DNA from: an uncultured Victivallales bacterium
GTDB taxonomy: Bacteria > Verrucomicrobiota > Lentisphaeria > Oligosphaerales > JAFGRS01
Direction of reading: 5' to 3'
DNA: 64,000 bases
Assembly (NCBI GenBank): GCA_903837355.1
Contig: CAILUI010000200.1
Coordinates: 2,311-66,310 of the forward strand
Shown here: positions 18,865-27,487 of the stretch, in pieces
How positions within the stretch are numbered: the first letter of the stretch is position 1
How the letters are laid out: every line of letters begins with the position of its first letter
Position numbers and translations under genes: made by a program
Notes under the pieces: model-generated
The model's database searches: none
The model's input: only the letters and a program-made list of their open reading frames with translations
What the model was told of the DNA's origin: nothing

Positions 18865-20778
18865 ATGAACACCGAGAGTAAGGCCCTCCTCGCTGCCCTG
18901 GCGTGCCTGATGCCCTGCGGGGCGCAATCGGTCCAGTTGTGCAACGGCGACTTCGAGAGCCCGGCGCCGGCGGCGGGAGGCGCCCCGGTGGGCTGGTACG
19001 CGGAGGATCCCACGGCGGGGGTGCCGGCGTTGGAGACGACCCTTGTGCACGGCGGCAAGCAGGCGCTGCGCCTGACCAAGGCGGCGCCGGGCCTCGGCTT
19101 CGCGGTCAAGAGCCGTCTGTACCCCGCGGTACCCGGCCAGACCTACACCGCCAGCGCCTGGGTGTTCAACGAAAGCGGCGACGGCTGGCTCTACCTCGAG
19201 TTCTATAGCAACGAGTCCACCCGCGTGGCCGAGACGCACCGGGGCGCCGGCAAGGCCGGTTCATGGGAACAGATCACGGTGGAACAGGCCTGCCCGGCGG
19301 AGGCAAAGTACGTGGGTGCGCTGCTCTACTCCAGCGCCGCAAACGTGGGCACGTCGGTCTGGGACGACGTGGCGATCGCCGGGCCGCAGGCCCCGGGCGA
19401 CGTCCTCGCCGTCGATGTGCGGATCGCCGAGGAGGACGCCGCACAGCCGACGGCGCTGGGCTACGACCTCGGCTCACGCCTCGAGCTGTTCGTCGACGAC
19501 TACCTGATCGAGACCATGACCGGGACCACGCTGCGCCTGCACGAACCGCGGCGCGAGGAGATCGCGGTCACTCTCGATGCGCCCTGGGAAGGCGACACCA
19601 GCCACTACGTCACCGTGTTCAAGGATGGCGACCGTTACCGCATGTACTACCGCGGTTCGGTCGAGGTGACGACGGCGACGACCCCAGCCCATGAGGAACT
19701 CTGCGCGTACGCCGAGAGCCCGGACGGGCGCCAGTGGACGAAGCCGAACCTGGGTCTCTACGAGTTCAACGGCAACCGGGACAACGCCATCGTCTACATG
19801 GGGCGCGCCCGGCACAACTTCACGCCCTTCAAAGACGCCAACCCCAACGCCAAGCCCGACGAGCTCTACAAGGCGCTCGGCGGCGGCCCGCTCTGGGCCC
19901 TGGCGTCGCCCGACGGCCTGCGCTGGCATGAACTGTCGCCGGAGCCCGTCATCACCCAGGGCGCCTTCGACTCGCAGAACCTGGCCTTCTACGACGCCCT
20001 GCGGGGGCTCTACGTGTGCTACCTGCGCGACTTCAGGAAGGACGTGCGGACCGTCCGCATGTGCACCTCGAAGGACTTTCTGACATGGACGACGCCCCGC
20101 TGGCTGAGCTACGGCGACGCCCCGGAGGAGCATCTCTACACCAACGCCATCACGCCTTACTTCCGCGCCCCGCACCTCTACCTGGGCTTCCCCAAGCGCT
20201 TCGTGCCGGAACGCACGCTGGATACCACACACCGCTACACGGGCCTATCCGACGGCGTCTTCATGAGCAGCCGCGACGGCTTGAACTTCCGGCGCTGGGA
20301 CGAGGCCTTCCTGCGCCCCGGGCTCGACCCGGAGAACTGGACCGACCGCAACAACCACATCGCCTACGGCATCGTGCCGACGGGTCCCGCGGAGATCTCG
20401 CTGTACGCACTGGAGCACTACCAGCACCCGACGAACCGCATCCGCCGGCTGTCGTTGCGTCCCGACGGCTTCGTGTCGGTGCACGCCGATGCCAAGGGCG
20501 GCGAGCTGGTCACCAAGCCCTTCACGTTCACGGGGAAGGAGCTGCTGCTGAACCTCTCGACCTCCGTGATCGGCGGTGCGCAGGTCGAGGTGCAGCAGCC
20601 GGATGGCCAGCCCGTGCCCGGTTTCGCCCTGGCCGAGTGCCCGGTCCTCTTCGGCGATGGCCTCGAAATGCCGGTGGGCTGGGCCGCCAACCCCGACCTG
20701 AGCCGGCTGCAGGGCCAGCCGGTCCGCCTGCGCTTCGCCCTGAAAGACGCGGATCTCTACGCGCTGCGCTTCCGTTAG
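18865..20778 (+). CDS. Secreted protein: CBM4/9-like N-domain plus putative beta-propeller glycoside hydrolase (GH32/GH43-like)
   Basis: Signal peptide, NGDFES, RLELFVDDYLI, YRMYYRG, YAESPDGRQW, FDSQN and LRPDGFVS. Confidence 0.7.
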   Translation: MNTESKALLAALACLMPCGAQSVQLCNGDFESPAPAAGGAPVGWYAEDPTAGVPALETTLVHGGKQALRLTKAAPGLGFAVKSRLYPAVPGQTYTASAWVFNESGDGWLYLEFYSNESTRVAETHRGAGKAGSWEQITVEQACPAEAKYVGALLYSSAANVGTSVWDDVAIAGPQAPGDVLAVDVRIAEEDAAQPTALGYDLGSRLELFVDDYLIETMTGTTLRLHEPRREEIAVTLDAPWEGDTSHYVTVFKDGDRYRMYYRGSVEVTTATTPAHEELCAYAESPDGRQWTKPNLGLYEFNGNRDNAIVYMGRARHNFTPFKDANPNAKPDELYKALGGGPLWALASPDGLRWHELSPEPVITQGAFDSQNLAFYDALRGLYVCYLRDFRKDVRTVRMCTSKDFLTWTTPRWLSYGDAPEEHLYTNAITPYFRAPHLYLGFPKRFVPERTLDTTHRYTGLSDGVFMSSRDGLNFRRWDEAFLRPGLDPENWTDRNNHIAYGIVPTGPAEISLYALEHYQHPTNRIRRLSLRPDGFVSVHADAKGGELVTKPFTFTGKELLLNLSTSVIGGAQVEVQQPDGQPVPGFALAECPVLFGDGLEMPVGWAANPDLSRLQGQPVRLRFALKDADLYALRFR

Positions 20779-20820
20779 CAGTCTGGGCGGGCGGTGGGTG
20801 GAGGATCCGGTACGTCTCCC

Positions 20821-20930
20821 AGAGCGGCGTCAAGCCGCCGCAGTCCAAAGCGCGGCCGCCTGGGGCGACGCGCGCAGTCTGCCTGACCGACGCGTAGCGT
20901 CTTTGGACTGCTGTGGCTGGACACAGCTCT
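20821..20930. repeat. REP pair (REPIN-like) upstream of RAYT
   Basis: AGAGCGGCGTCAAGCCGCCGCAGTCCAAAG (20821-20850) and inverted CTTTGGACTGCTGTGGCTGGACACAGCTCT (20901-20930). Confidence 0.85.
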
Positions 20931-20980
20931 CCCCCCGCGACACGGTACCGGCAGCAACGGCAAGGGATGGAGGAGTCACC

Positions 20981-21526
20981 ATGCCCGACTGGCCACATGC
21001 GCCACCACACCGGCTTCTCGACCGCGGCGCCTACTTCGTCACCGCCAGTACCCTTCACAAGGCCTTGATCTTCCGAGACCCCGACCGGCTGAGCCTTCTC
21101 CAGCACCACCTGCTCACTACGCTCGGGGAGTACGGTTGGCGGGTTCAGGCTTGGGCTGTGTTCGGTAACCACTATCACGTCGTAGCGCTCGCCCCGGTCG
21201 ACCCCGGCACGCTGTCAACGGCGCTGTCCAAGGTCCATACGCTCACGGCCACGGAAGTCAACCACCTGGACGCCACCGCTGGGCGGCAAGTCTGGTTCCA
21301 GTTCCGGGATACGGCGCTGACCTTTCAGCGCTCGTACTTCGCACGACTGCGGTACGTCCATGAGAACGCCGTGCACCACGGCCTGGTGCAACGGGCCTGC
21401 GACTATCCGTGGTGTTCGGCTGGCTGGCTGGAACAGCACGCTGATCCAGCGTTCCGCAAGATGCTCTCAACCTTCAGGATCGACCGGCTGAGCGTGCCGG
21501 ACGACTACGAGGTGGCGGGAGCCTGA
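20981..21526 (+). mobile_element. rayT: REP-associated tyrosine transposase (RAYT, IS200/Y1 HUH family)
   Basis: YFVT, HUH motif NHYH, catalytic-Tyr region YVHENAVHHGLV and YPWCSA. GGAGGAG RBS. Flanked by REPs on both sides. Confidence 0.88.
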
Positions 21527-21529
21527 AAA

Positions 21530-21690
21530 GCGACGCGCGCAGTCTGCTTGACCGACGCGTAGCGTCTTTGGACTGCTGTGGCTGGACACAGCTTTCGGAC
21601 CCGGAAAGGCGGCGTCGAGCCGCCGCAGTCCAAAGCGCGGCCGCCGCCTGGGGCGGTTCGCGCAGTCTGCCTTGCCGATGCGTAGCGTCC
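21530..21690. repeat. REP cluster downstream of RAYT
   Basis: 21530-21595 is a near-exact direct repeat of 20865-20930. An inverted REP lies at about 21605-21635, followed by a degenerate spacer copy. Confidence 0.85.
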
Positions 21691-21692
21691 TT

Positions 21693-22490
21693 TCAGATCT
21701 GTGAGCCGGGCAGGGGGCGCAGGACCAGGTTGGTGATGCGCGAGACGGTGTCGGCGTACTTCGGGTCAGCTTTGAGCTTCTCCCAGTCGGGGTGCTTGAT
21801 GAAGGCCGCCCAGGCGGCCTCCTGTGCCGCGGCGCTCTCGAAGCTGATCATGTAGGTCAGGTTCGGCAGCAGGGTGCCGGCGATGGACTGGCCGAAGAAG
21901 ACCGGGGTCAGGCCGAGTTTCCGGAACAGCGCGATCTCGCCGCCTTCGTTGAACATCTCGATCTTGAGCCGGGCCCGCGCGTCGTTATGGCTTTCGTAGA
22001 TGCGCAACTGCAGCAGGCGGCCGGCGGCCAACGTCGGCACCTCGACCGTGGGGCAGGCGCTGAAGCCCAGCATGAGTTGCGTCTCGAAGCGCTCATAGAC
22101 CGGGTCGGCCAGCGGCGTGCCAAGCACGGCCTTGGCCAACGGCGCCAGCACCGTATCGGCCTCCAACCGTGCCGGCAGCGTCAGCGCCGCGGCCAGATCG
22201 GCATGCGGCAGGAGCACGTAGAGCTTCAGTTCGTCGGCCTCGAGGGTGAGCTTGGGGTTGTCGGCCTTGAACAGGCGGACGACGCCGACCGGCGTCACGC
22301 CAGCGCGGTTGAGCGCCGGCACGTAGGCCTGCGCCAGGAAGTCAGCGAAGGTCTTCAGCTTCGCCTCGGATGCGAAGCGATAGGTACGCAGTTCGATCAC
22401 CTGCTGCGCCGCCGGCTCGGCCGCCCGCACCACGCCGGTCAGCGCCACCGCTGCTGTCAATGAGGTCATCACCAGGCTCCTGCACTTCAT
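21693..22490 (-). CDS. Secreted NIPSNAP-family protein (two NIPSNAP domains)
   Basis: Signal peptide, ELRTY and LRIYESH repeats, PVFFG, PNLTYM and HPDW. Confidence 0.85.
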   Translation of the reverse strand: MKCRSLVMTSLTAAVALTGVVRAAEPAAQQVIELRTYRFASEAKLKTFADFLAQAYVPALNRAGVTPVGVVRLFKADNPKLTLEADELKLYVLLPHADLAAALTLPARLEADTVLAPLAKAVLGTPLADPVYERFETQLMLGFSACPTVEVPTLAAGRLLQLRIYESHNDARARLKIEMFNEGGEIALFRKLGLTPVFFGQSIAGTLLPNLTYMISFESAAAQEAAWAAFIKHPDWEKLKADPKYADTVSRITNLVLRPLPGSQI

Positions 22491-22615
22491 GGTTCACCTG
22501 TCGTCTGGACGTTTCTGCTGGACTTCCTGCGGCCGCCCGCGGCACAGCCCCCGAGGCAACCACGCCGGGTAGCCCCGTAATGTGCGCCGTCCGCTGCTGA
22601 GATGCAACGTCCCTC

Positions 22616-23341
22616 CTAGCGCCACCAGGCACCGCGCAGCATCGTGAGGACCACGAGGAAGATGACCCAACCGCTGGCCAGCGCACCAGGCACCCCCAGC
22701 GGCTCCCGGCCCAGGCGCAGAACCACCATCAGGGCGAGCAGGGCCAGCATCAGCACGGGAATCTGCCGGACCATCGTCCAGAGGCTGTTCCGCGCCTCGT
22801 AGGCAGCGATGACGCCAACCATCGGGAAGACGGTCACGAAGCCGCGCAGCCAGCCTTTGATCAGAATGAGCGTCGCGACGACACCCACGATGATGGGGAC
22901 TTTGACGTAGACCGGCAGCGGGCTGCGGTGGCCGGGTTCATCACGCGCGGGCAGTCGCCAATGCAAGCCGGCAGCGAGGGTGGCGCATCCGGCCACGGCC
23001 GCCCAGAAGGCTGTATCGTGGTCAGGGAGGTGCCTGGCAATCAGCGCGCCGCTGAGGATGTAGCCCAGGGCGGCGCCGATGATGGCGGCCACGATCGGCC
23101 AGGACTGGCGGGTGTGCAGGTACCAGACGGCCCAGGTGAAACCGAACAGCAGCCCCAGCCCCAGCACGTTGGTGGCGTCGACTGGCCGGCCGATGGCCAG
23201 GGTCGCGATACTGAAGGGAATGGGCAGCGTGATCAGCAGTGCTTTGTGCCGAGGCTGGTAGGCGTAGGCGATCGCGGTGGCCTGCACGGTCACCGCCGCC
23301 AGCAGAGCACCGTCCCAGACAGTGAGGTGTGGCCAAGGCAT
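22616..23341 (-). CDS. Hypothetical polytopic membrane protein
   Basis: About 8 hydrophobic segments, with conserved-looking EPGHRSPLP and FPMVGVIAAYE. Confidence 0.7.
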   Translation of the reverse strand: MPWPHLTVWDGALLAAVTVQATAIAYAYQPRHKALLITLPIPFSIATLAIGRPVDATNVLGLGLLFGFTWAVWYLHTRQSWPIVAAIIGAALGYILSGALIARHLPDHDTAFWAAVAGCATLAAGLHWRLPARDEPGHRSPLPVYVKVPIIVGVVATLILIKGWLRGFVTVFPMVGVIAAYEARNSLWTMVRQIPVLMLALLALMVVLRLGREPLGVPGALASGWVIFLVVLTMLRGAWWR

Positions 23342-23453
23342 AGTGCTGGAGCGGGCTCGCGTCCGGCCTGGTGCGATTCCGGCGCGCGAGCGACCACTGT
23401 AGCCCCGTAACGAACGCCTGACGAGCCTTGGGCCAAGCGTGGACGTGCCAGCG

Positions 23454-23481
23454 TCCTGGGACCGCCGACCGTCGGGTCGGC
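23454..23481. repeat. Dispersed REP-like palindrome (family K), copy 1
   Basis: TCCTGGGACCGCCGACCGTCGGGTCGGC is identical to 42473-42500. Confidence 0.75.
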
Positions 23482-23654
23482 AGACTCGCGGCAGGCCGCA
23501 CCCGCCCCGCGGCCGTACCATTCCGGGTGACCGCTGTCGGAAGGGGTTGACTCAGGACGTAGGCGGTCCATGTTTTCGGCGTAGCTGTCCGGCCCCGGGA
23601 GCGGTCCTCTTGGTGCGTTGTAGCAGCCCGGTGTGCGGCAGGGGGAGAACGACG

Positions 23655-24620
23655 ATGACGGACGGGATGAACCGACGCGGATTCCTGGCGGTGTCTGCCG
23701 CTGCCGGAGCCGGCTTGGCCTTGGCGCCGGCGATTGGCGCGGCTGAGTTCAAGACCACACTACGTCAGGCGTTGATCCGCGGCCTGCCGGATGACCCCAC
23801 CCTGGCCGCGCTGAAGGCCGCTGGCTTTGCGGGCATGGAATGCACGGCCTGGGACGCGCCGGCAGCGGCTGCCGAGGCGGCCCGGCAGCGTGCCGCCGCC
23901 CAAGGCCTGTCCATCCACTCGGTGCTGCGCGGCTGGTGCGAGTTCAACCACGCCGAGGCGGCCAAGGTCCAGGCCGATATTGATTCGATGAAGACGGCGT
24001 TGCAGACCGCGCAGCGCCTCGGGGCGGATGCCGTGCTGCTGGTGCCCTGCCGCGTCGGCGGGGCGCAGCCAGACCCGTGGGCCTTCCGCCTGGAGTTCGA
24101 CCCGTCGACCCTGGTGGTCTCGCGCGTCGCCGAGGGCGACAACGCCCCCTTCGCGGAGTACATCAAGGCGCAGAACCACGCCACCGAAACCAGCCGTAAG
24201 GCGGTCGAGGCGCTGATCCCGACCGCCGAGAAGTGCGGCGTGGCGATTGCCCTCGAGAACGTCTGGAATAACCTCTGGGTGACCCCGGAGTTCTTCGCCG
24301 CCTTCGTGAAGTCCTTCAAGAGCCCCTGGGTGAAGGCCTACCTCGATCTGGGCAATCACATCAAGTACGCGCCCACGCCGAAGTGGATCGACGCCCTCGG
24401 CGACCGCATCGCCAAGTGCCACGTCAAGGACTTCCGCCTGAAGCCCGACGGTAAGGGTGGCGACTTCGTGGACATCTGCGACGGCAGCAACGACTGGGTC
24501 GCGGTGCGCGCGGCGCTGGAGCGGGTGGGCTATAGTGGCTGGCTGACGATCGAAGGCAGCGACGGCTTGTCTCTGACCGAGCAGCATCGCCGTTTGGACC
24601 TGATCATCCGCGGCGCCTGA
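23655..24620 (+). CDS. Tat-exported sugar-phosphate isomerase/epimerase (AP endonuclease 2 TIM barrel)
   Basis: NRRGFL twin-arginine signal and metal ligands in ENVWNN, DLGN, HVKD and TIE. Confidence 0.88.
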   Translation: MTDGMNRRGFLAVSAAAGAGLALAPAIGAAEFKTTLRQALIRGLPDDPTLAALKAAGFAGMECTAWDAPAAAAEAARQRAAAQGLSIHSVLRGWCEFNHAEAAKVQADIDSMKTALQTAQRLGADAVLLVPCRVGGAQPDPWAFRLEFDPSTLVVSRVAEGDNAPFAEYIKAQNHATETSRKAVEALIPTAEKCGVAIALENVWNNLWVTPEFFAAFVKSFKSPWVKAYLDLGNHIKYAPTPKWIDALGDRIAKCHVKDFRLKPDGKGGDFVDICDGSNDWVAVRAALERVGYSGWLTIEGSDGLSLTEQHRRLDLIIRGA

Positions 24621-24643
24621 GACCGCTACCAGTGGAGACGAAC

Positions 24644-25963
24644 ATGGCACAGACGTTGATTGAGCGTCGGGACTTCCTCAAGCGCACCGCCGTGGCCGGC
24701 GCGGGCCTGCTGATCCTCAAGTCAGGCACGCTCAGCGGCCAGGCCGCGAGCAACAAGCTAAACATCGCCGTGATCGGGGTTGCCGGCCGTGGTGCGGGCG
24801 ACATCGACGGCGTCAAGCACGAGAACATCGTCGCCCTCTGCGACGTCGATGCGAACAATCTCGCCGCCGCCGCCAAACGCTTCCCTGAGGCCAAGACTTA
24901 CAGCGACTGGCGCCTCTGCCTGGAGCAGAAGGACATCGACGCGGTGGTCTGCGCGACCACCGACCACACGCACGCCTTCATCAACACCTGGGCGATGAAC
25001 CGTGGCAAGCACGTCTACTGCGAGAAGCCCCTGGCCAACGGCGTGCACGAAGCCCGCGTGGTGCGCGAGACCTACCTCAAGAATCAGGGTAAGCTGGCCA
25101 CCCAGATGGGTACCCAGATTCACGCCACGGACAACTACCGCCGCGTGGTCGAGTTGATCCGCGACGGCGTGATCGGCAAGGTCGACGACGTGCGCATCTG
25201 GTGCAGCCGCGAGCCCAAGGGCGGCACCTACCTGCCCGCCGCCGGCCAACCGCCGGCGCACCTGAACTGGGACCTTTGGCTCGGGCCCAGCCCCGAGCAT
25301 CCCTACAACCCGGAGTACTTCGGCGGCTGCCTGGCGTGGAACCTCTACTGGGACTTCGGCAGTGGCCAGATCGGCGACATGGGCAGCCACATGCTGGATC
25401 TGCCTTACTGGGCGCTCAACCTGCGCTTCCCCACCAGTTGCGAGGCGCAGGGGACGCCGCTGAGCACCGACACCTGCCCGCAGTGGCTCGAGGCCAAGTG
25501 GGAGCACCCGGCGACCGCAGAGCGTGGGCCGGTGACCGTTTACTGGTATGACGGCGGCAAGAAGCCCGGTATGCCCACCAAAGTCTTCAACCGCGACGAA
25601 CTGTTCAAGGGCGTCCTGTTCAAAGGTGACCAGGGCTGGCTGCTGGCCGACTACGACTTCCGCATCGTCATGCTGCGCGGTGATATGACCCACTACCAGC
25701 GGCCGGAAACCAAGGACATCATCCCGCCCTCGGTCGGCCACCATCAGGAATGGCTCAACGCTTGTCGCGACCCGAAGCTGCCCACCTTGTGCAACTTCGA
25801 CTACTCCGGCGCGCTCATCGAGCATAATCTGCTGGCGATGGTCGCCTACCGCACCGGCAAGCGGCTCGAGTGGGACGCTGCCAATCTCAAGGCGACGAAC
25901 TGCCCCGAAGCCGACGCCTTCGTCAAGAAGACGTATCGCCAGGGCTGGACGCTCAACGGTTGA
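24644..25963 (+). CDS. Tat-exported Gfo/Idh/MocA oxidoreductase
   Basis: ERRDFLK Tat signal, IGVAGRG, TTDHTH, YCEKP, WDLWLGP and GDMGSH. Confidence 0.92.
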   Translation: MAQTLIERRDFLKRTAVAGAGLLILKSGTLSGQAASNKLNIAVIGVAGRGAGDIDGVKHENIVALCDVDANNLAAAAKRFPEAKTYSDWRLCLEQKDIDAVVCATTDHTHAFINTWAMNRGKHVYCEKPLANGVHEARVVRETYLKNQGKLATQMGTQIHATDNYRRVVELIRDGVIGKVDDVRIWCSREPKGGTYLPAAGQPPAHLNWDLWLGPSPEHPYNPEYFGGCLAWNLYWDFGSGQIGDMGSHMLDLPYWALNLRFPTSCEAQGTPLSTDTCPQWLEAKWEHPATAERGPVTVYWYDGGKKPGMPTKVFNRDELFKGVLFKGDQGWLLADYDFRIVMLRGDMTHYQRPETKDIIPPSVGHHQEWLNACRDPKLPTLCNFDYSGALIEHNLLAMVAYRTGKRLEWDAANLKATNCPEADAFVKKTYRQGWTLNG

Positions 25964-26929
25964 TCAGTCCAACAGTTCGGCGCGGCCGTAGGTGCGCACC
26001 ACGGGCGGGCCGTCGGCGGCTTCCGCCTGGACCACCATGGCCCAGACGTCGGCATGGCGCCGGACAAAGGCGTCCGCCTCCGCCGGCGAGAAGACCATGA
26101 AGGCGGTTGACAGGGCGTCGGCCGCGGCCGCCGAGTCGCAGAGGGTCCAGGCGCCGAGGATGGCGGTGACCGGACGGCCGCGCCGGGGGTCGAGGATGTG
26201 ACGGCCCTTGACCGCCATGCCTGAGCCACTGAGGGCGGCGTTGTGCAGGCGCAGCCGCGAGAAGCCCAGCGCCTTGCCCCAGTCGCCTCCCGCGCCGACC
26301 ACCCAGCCCTTGCCCTCGGGTTCCGGTCCCGGCCCGAGGGCCAGCGCCGTGCTGGTGCCTGAATGCACCAGCACATTGTCCACCTTCCAGTCGTTCAGCG
26401 TTTCGCGTAACCCATCCAGGGCAAACCCCTTACCGACCGCGCCGAGGTCAATGACCACGCCGGTTGAGTCCGCGGCCAGGGTGACACTGAACTCCCGCGG
26501 GCCGCCGTTCCCCGGCGGGGTAGCATGCAGGCGCAGTTGTCGGATCCCCACACGGGCCAGCGCCGCACTGAGTAAGGCCGGAGACGGCGCCTCGAGTCCT
26601 TGCCGGCGCGCCTCAGCCCAGCAGGCCAGGAGCGGCCCGCAGCTCGCCTCGAAGGCGCCGGCGGTCTCCTGGGCGACGTAGGCCGCCAGACGCAGGCAGT
26701 TGTAGACCTCGAGAGAGACGCGGACGGTCTCACCGGGCTGGAGGCGGTTGATCTGTGAGACGTCACTGCCGGGATCGTGCCGGCTGAGCAGACGCTCGTA
26801 GCGGTCGACCTCCCGGAACAGTTCCGTGGCGACCTCACCGCCATAGCGAGCACTGCCGCCCGCCACGATGACCTCGAATCGGGTCGTCATGGCCTCATGA
26901 GCAAAGCGGTGAAGCGGCAAGTCTGCCAT
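25964..26929 (-). CDS. apbE: FAD:protein FMN transferase (ApbE family), no signal peptide
   Basis: Motifs AMTT, SDVSQIN, DLGAVGKGFALD, ALSGSG, HILDPRRG and ADALSTA. Confidence 0.85.
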   Translation of the reverse strand: MADLPLHRFAHEAMTTRFEVIVAGGSARYGGEVATELFREVDRYERLLSRHDPGSDVSQINRLQPGETVRVSLEVYNCLRLAAYVAQETAGAFEASCGPLLACWAEARRQGLEAPSPALLSAALARVGIRQLRLHATPPGNGGPREFSVTLAADSTGVVIDLGAVGKGFALDGLRETLNDWKVDNVLVHSGTSTALALGPGPEPEGKGWVVGAGGDWGKALGFSRLRLHNAALSGSGMAVKGRHILDPRRGRPVTAILGAWTLCDSAAAADALSTAFMVFSPAEADAFVRRHADVWAMVVQAEAADGPPVVRTYGRAELLD

Positions 26930-26942
26930 CGGAGGACCAGGC

Positions 26943-27476
26943 CTATCGCGGCGCCTGATGCAGGCGGGCTTCGGCGAGGGCCAGGCTCAGCGCCAGCGCC
27001 ACAATCGCCAGGGCGCACAGGCGGTGGATGGTAACCAGTACCTCCTGACCGTGCGTCCCGAACCAGGGCAGCATGGCGACGAGGGGCGTCACAATCGCCC
27101 CGATCACGGCAACCGCCAACAGCCAGAAACCGAGGCGGTGAGCCGGACAATAGGCCGGACACCCCGTGTCCCCGACCTCAAAGGCGAAGCGCGGAGCCCA
27201 GAAGAGCAGTCCCAGCGTGAACGCTGCCGCCAGCACGGCGCCGCAGCCGACATGCAGCAACAGCGGGTAGCCCGACAACGCCGAACCCGTAAGTCGGATC
27301 CCGAAGCCGCTCAACGCCAGGGCCAGGAAACTGAGTCCGGCACCCGCGGCGAGCAGCCGTTCCAGCCGTGGGAAACGGCGGGTGCTCGCAGCGCCGCGGC
27401 CCCGCCGCAGGCGCACACATGCGAGCACCATGACCACGGTACCGAAGAGACCGAGAGCCGAAAGTAGTTGGAGCAT
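26943..27476 (-). CDS. Small membrane protein, cytochrome-b-like (His in TM helices)
   Basis: About 5 hydrophobic segments with LLLHVG and TIHRL histidines. RFPRLER resembles the start of FdnI/HyaC-type cytochromes b. Confidence 0.5.
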   Translation of the reverse strand: MLQLLSALGLFGTVVMVLACVRLRRGRGAASTRRFPRLERLLAAGAGLSFLALALSGFGIRLTGSALSGYPLLLHVGCGAVLAAAFTLGLLFWAPRFAFEVGDTGCPAYCPAHRLGFWLLAVAVIGAIVTPLVAMLPWFGTHGQEVLVTIHRLCALAIVALALSLALAEARLHQAPR

Positions 27477-27487
27477 GGTGTTCTCCC

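Noticed and set aside
20821-21690. Repeats around the transposase as CRISPR or IS terminal repeats
   Set aside because: Alternating-orientation palindromes around an HUH enzyme fit REP/BIME organisation. There are no unique spacers or TSD.
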